Assembly (NCBI GenBank): GCA_944322785.1
Contig: CALUPW010000009.1
Location: 18,497 to 82,496 of the forward strand
Direction of reading: 5' to 3'
Length of the DNA: 64,000 bases
Source of the DNA: Candidatus Gastranaerophilales bacterium
GTDB taxonomy: Bacteria; Cyanobacteriota; Vampirovibrionia; Gastranaerophilales; Gastranaerophilaceae
The notes under the pieces were generated by a model. That model ran no database searches. It was not told the origin of the DNA and saw nothing but the letters and a program-made list of their open reading frames with translations. Both the position numbers and the translations under genes were made by a program. Positions 60,906 to 64,000 of the stretch are shown piece by piece; the stretch's first letter is position 1; the number at the start of each line of letters is the position of its first letter.

Positions 60906-62484
60906 TTACAACCTGTCTTTCTTCGCTTGACCTGACTACGTCCGTTAAAAGAAACGTGAATTCACTGCCTTTATTTAACTTGCTTTCAACCCAGATTTTT
61001 CCGCCGTGAGCCTCAATAATTTGTCTGGAAAGATATAAACCCAAACCGGTGCCGGTTGAGCGTTTGCGGCTGGTTCCTTGAGAAAATCTCATAAATAAAT
61101 GCGGAATATCGGATTGCGGAATTCCGTTTCCGTTATCCTCAACGGAAAATATTAAATCTCCGGATTGTGCTTTTAGAATAACTTTTATATGCCCGTCTTT
61201 ATTGGTGTAGTTCACTGCGTTTCCGCACAAATTGGTTATTACCCGTTTTAGCTCTGATTTGTCCGCATAAATTTCAAGCTTATCGTCAAAATCGCATTCA
61301 AATTCAAGATTTATGCCTTTATTTTTTGCAAGCGGCAAAAGTTCTTCAATGGATTGTTCTACCAGCGTTCTTGGTGCAAAAAGCGTTTTACAGAGTTCAA
61401 GTTTTCCGCTGTCAAACCTGTAAACTTCAAGAAGAGCATTAACAAGTCCGAGTAAATCCTCATTACTTTGAAGCATTGTAGATAAAAGGACTTTCTGTTT
61501 ATCTTCTAACGTACCAAGAGAACCATCCAAGAAAAATTTAAGTGTTTGAATTGCTGCAAGAAGAGGTGTACGAAGATCATGCGTTAAAGTTGCAATAAAA
61601 TCATCCCGCAATCTTTCGGTTTCTTTTTGTGCGCTTATATTTCTTATTACCCCTACGTATTTTTCAGGAATTTCATCAATTTCACCTGTTATTGCTGCAA
61701 AATTGATTTCCACAGGAGTATGAGCACCGCTCAATGAATTCACTATATAACAATCTTTTAAAAGGACTTCCGAATTATCCGTATCAAGACCGAATAGTCC
61801 GCCATCATCCGATATCATATCAACTTTACAGCCTTTTACTATCTGCGTAAATGTTCGGTTTAAAATAGCATTTTCATCAACACCTGTCATATTCTCACAC
61901 GCAGGGTTAATTTGTTCAATTCTGCCGTCTTTATCCAGAATGATAATTCCGTCAGCACAGTGGCTTATTATTCCGCTCAATTTCTGATTTGCTTCGGACA
62001 AATCATGTGTGCGTTCTGCAACTAGCTTTTCCAGATCATTTGAATAAATTTCCAATTGTCTTTTGGCTTCTTCCAACTCTTTAATTTTTTGACGCAAATC
62101 ACTTAACAAATGACTCCGCTCAACTCCGTTTCGGATATTCATGAGCAAATCATCATTATCCCACGGTTTTTCAATATACTTGTAAAGTCCGACGTCATTA
62201 ATCGCTTTTATTGCATTTTCTTTATCCGCATAACCTGTCAAAAGTATCATACTGGTTTCGGGATAAAGTTTTTTTGCTTCCCGTAAAAATTCAAGCCCGT
62301 TCATTTCAGGCATTAAAAAATCAGAAATTATTAAATCAGGAGTATTGGTTTTAATATATTCAAGTGCCTCTACAGGGGAATTAAAAAATACACCGCCTTC
62401 TATCCCTTCAACTGCAAAAAGGGTTTTAAATGCTGAGGTAACCATTTTTTCATCATCTACTGCAACTATTTTCCCGTTTATCAT
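60898..62484 (-). CDS. Hybrid sensor: N-terminal receiver + PAS + HisKA/HATPase histidine kinase (no TM segment)
   Basis: REC (IVAVDDEK..LIISDFLMPEMNG..K), a PAS-like segment, H-box THDLRTPL, N-box CGNAVNYT, and G-boxes EDNGNGI and GTGLGLYL. Overlaps the RR start by 8 nt. Confidence 0.9.
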   Translation of the reverse strand: MINGKIVAVDDEKMVTSAFKTLFAVEGIEGGVFFNSPVEALEYIKTNTPDLIISDFLMPEMNGLEFLREAKKLYPETSMILLTGYADKENAIKAINDVGLYKYIEKPWDNDDLLMNIRNGVERSHLLSDLRQKIKELEEAKRQLEIYSNDLEKLVAERTHDLSEANQKLSGIISHCADGIIILDKDGRIEQINPACENMTGVDENAILNRTFTQIVKGCKVDMISDDGGLFGLDTDNSEVLLKDCYIVNSLSGAHTPVEINFAAITGEIDEIPEKYVGVIRNISAQKETERLRDDFIATLTHDLRTPLLAAIQTLKFFLDGSLGTLEDKQKVLLSTMLQSNEDLLGLVNALLEVYRFDSGKLELCKTLFAPRTLVEQSIEELLPLAKNKGINLEFECDFDDKLEIYADKSELKRVITNLCGNAVNYTNKDGHIKVILKAQSGDLIFSVEDNGNGIPQSDIPHLFMRFSQGTSRKRSTGTGLGLYLSRQIIEAHGGKIWVESKLNKGSEFTFLLTDVVRSSEERQVVNG

Positions 62485-62544
62485 AATAATTATATTTTAA
62501 GTTTATTTAGCTTTTTGGACAAATTCTTTACAAATTCGCAATAA

Positions 62545-64000
62545 TTAAATTTCTGCCAGTATTTCGACTTTCATTTCGGCTGCCGGCAAAAGTTCAGAAT
62601 AAGATATTACTTTAATATTTTCAATATACAGGGAAAGCAAATCAAATAAAGGTTTGCGGATTTTGGGTTGTACAAGAAGCACCGTATCATACTTATGTGC
62701 ATTCAATCCTGACAACGTGCTGCGAATACAGGTGATTAACTTTTCAATCTGTTCTTGCGGAAGTTTAAATATGGTACTAAATTCCGTATATTGCACCGCT
62801 TCTGAAAGTGTTTTTTCAAGTTCCGGATTCAGTGTTACTGTATATAAAATTATACCTGTGTGTGATTTTACAGAATATTTATCACATATCTGCGCTGCCA
62901 TTGCAGCTCTCAGACTCTCGACAAGAACATAAGACTGAGTGTTAAATCTTGCATAGTCACAAAGTCTTTCAAATATAAGAATAGTATCCTTAACAGAAAT
63001 TTCTTCTCTTATCAGAGATACAAGTATCCGCCTTAAATCAACTGCGGATATTCTGGACGGAATCAGATCATTTACAAGTGTCGGATCCTGTGTGTTTACA
63101 ATTTCCATAAGTTTTATAACATCAGTTCTTGTCAATATATCGTTTACATTTTTTATACAGCATTCTCTTAAGTGTTTACGAAGAAGCGTTGAAATTTCCT
63201 CGTTTTTTGTATTTTTGCCGACAAAAAATTTATCTCTCATAATCCCGCGGACATAAATGCGGAATTCATCCGGCTTTAAGTCCTTATCATCCAGACATCT
63301 AACATTCGGGATAATATACCCCAGTTCATCCGTCAATTCTTCCCTTACTTTAGAAATCAGAGGAAGCATAACGTTTTCGCACTCCGGATCCGCATAATGC
63401 AATAAACCCGTTCCAAGTCTGATAGATAAAACATCAACGCCAAGCCGTTCGTACATTCCGTTCGGGCTGTTTAATTCTACAGAATTTTTAGTCTGTTCAT
63501 TGTTTTCTGATAATTTTGCATTCTGTTCGATTCTGTCAAATAGGTCGGCTTCTATAACAATGTCAATTATATAAACCGCCATACCCAAAGCCAATATAAT
63601 TAATGCTGCCGGTAAATCTTCTTTTGACATAGGGATTAATCCGAAATAAATTAAAGGCAAATAAAAAATCGCAACAAGAAACATTAAGAGCAATAATACT
63701 CTGCAAGGATTATTTTTAATGTATTTTTTTATTTTTGAAATCTCTGACAGCTGCCCGTGTTCACTGACAAATTTATCGGTTTTTAAATTTTCATCCTGCG
63801 CACCCTTATCCTGCTCCTGTTCTTGCTCTTGTTTTTCTGAGTAAAAAGACTGGGAAAGTGCAATGGTATAAGTTTCTTTATCTATCCCTCTGTCGGAATA
63901 TATCTGCGCAAGAGTTTCTCTGTAAATATTTTGAACAATATCTTCAAGTTTTTTAATCCTGTCGGGATTTTCTATACTTTCCTCAGTCAGAGGTTCAAGC
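62545..64000 (-). CDS. FlhA/SctV cytoplasmic-domain (FHIPEP C-terminal) homolog on a two-helix anchor; 5'-partial (frame open to window edge)
   Basis: The track lists 62545..63693, but the frame has no stop up to 64000 (..LEPLTEESIENPDRIKKLEDIV..SEKQEQEQEQDKGAQDENLK..). Two TM helices are followed by VLSIRLGTGLLHYAD..ISKVREELTDELGYIIPNVRCLDDKDLKPDEFRIYVRGI, LIPSRISAVDLRRILVSLIREEISVKDTILIFERLCDYA and VLLVQPKIRKPLFDLLSLYIENIKVISYSEL. All of these are colinear with FlhA_C. Confidence 0.7.
   Translation of the reverse strand, partial: LEPLTEESIENPDRIKKLEDIVQNIYRETLAQIYSDRGIDKETYTIALSQSFYSEKQEQEQEQDKGAQDENLKTDKFVSEHGQLSEISKIKKYIKNNPCRVLLLLMFLVAIFYLPLIYFGLIPMSKEDLPAALIILALGMAVYIIDIVIEADLFDRIEQNAKLSENNEQTKNSVELNSPNGMYERLGVDVLSIRLGTGLLHYADPECENVMLPLISKVREELTDELGYIIPNVRCLDDKDLKPDEFRIYVRGIMRDKFFVGKNTKNEEISTLLRKHLRECCIKNVNDILTRTDVIKLMEIVNTQDPTLVNDLIPSRISAVDLRRILVSLIREEISVKDTILIFERLCDYARFNTQSYVLVESLRAAMAAQICDKYSVKSHTGIILYTVTLNPELEKTLSEAVQYTEFSTIFKLPQEQIEKLITCIRSTLSGLNAHKYDTVLLVQPKIRKPLFDLLSLYIENIKVISYSELLPAAEMKVEILAEI

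Noticed and set aside
1-64000. CRISPR arrays, rRNA genes, IS elements and prophage
   Set aside because: I scanned intergenic regions and repeats. The only tandem repeat is 2 x 18 bp inside a CDS. I recognised no transposase, integrase, phage structural motifs or rRNA-like segments.

Overview
Gene-dense, AT-rich (by eye about mid-30s % GC) bacterial chromosomal window with about 68 protein-coding genes and one tRNA-Leu(UAA). I saw no rRNA, CRISPR array, transposase, integrase or prophage signature. Recognisable housekeeping content includes serS, recG, a Ski2-like helicase, rsfS-rpiB, eda-kdgK-csaB, rpsE-rpmD-rplO-secY, rpsL-rpsG, thrB, a PMM/PGM mutase, wecB and an NAD-type isocitrate dehydrogenase. 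Signalling genes include a CHASE2 class-III nucleotide cyclase, a PilZ protein and a REC-PAS histidine kinase with a LuxR-type regulator. An SLH-domain surface protein together with the pyruvyl transferase CsaB and WecB suggests an SLH/pyruvylated-polysaccharide envelope. That fits a Melainabacteria/Cyanobacteria-like or other SLH-bearing lineage, but this placement is inference only. Several ORF-track starts were moved to downstream starts with better SD spacing (186, 3034, 7420, 11650, 24906, 28986, 30942, 47510, 53156, 56039). One SD-preceded 52-aa ORF (41517..41675) is missing from the track. Most unusual observations: (1) At the right edge, an ORF carries a complete FlhA/SctV-type cytoplasmic domain on only two TM helices plus a novel hydrophilic N-terminus. 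It is followed on the same strand by a two-component system and a secreted protein, with no other type-III or flagellar gene in the window. (2) A glutaredoxin gene is directly abutted to a hybrid-cluster-protein homolog that appears to have lost its metal-cluster ligands. (3) A dispersed set of signal-peptide-less, low-complexity, glycine-zipper or coiled-coil proteins occurs partly as tandem paralog pairs. Four transcription units share a -35 nnGCAA/TTGTAA - N16-17 - TACTTT(ATCTTT)-ATATATA promoter architecture. (4) A 658-aa and a 176-aa protein share MG(M/F)...AR(L/M)xL...NEL N-termini and heptad C-termini; the larger one has a sigma-28-like promoter. (5) Several genes look leaderless, with an extended -10 box 6-7 nt upstream of the ATG and no SD. 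All functional calls rest on motif recognition by eye and need profile or structure searches to confirm.
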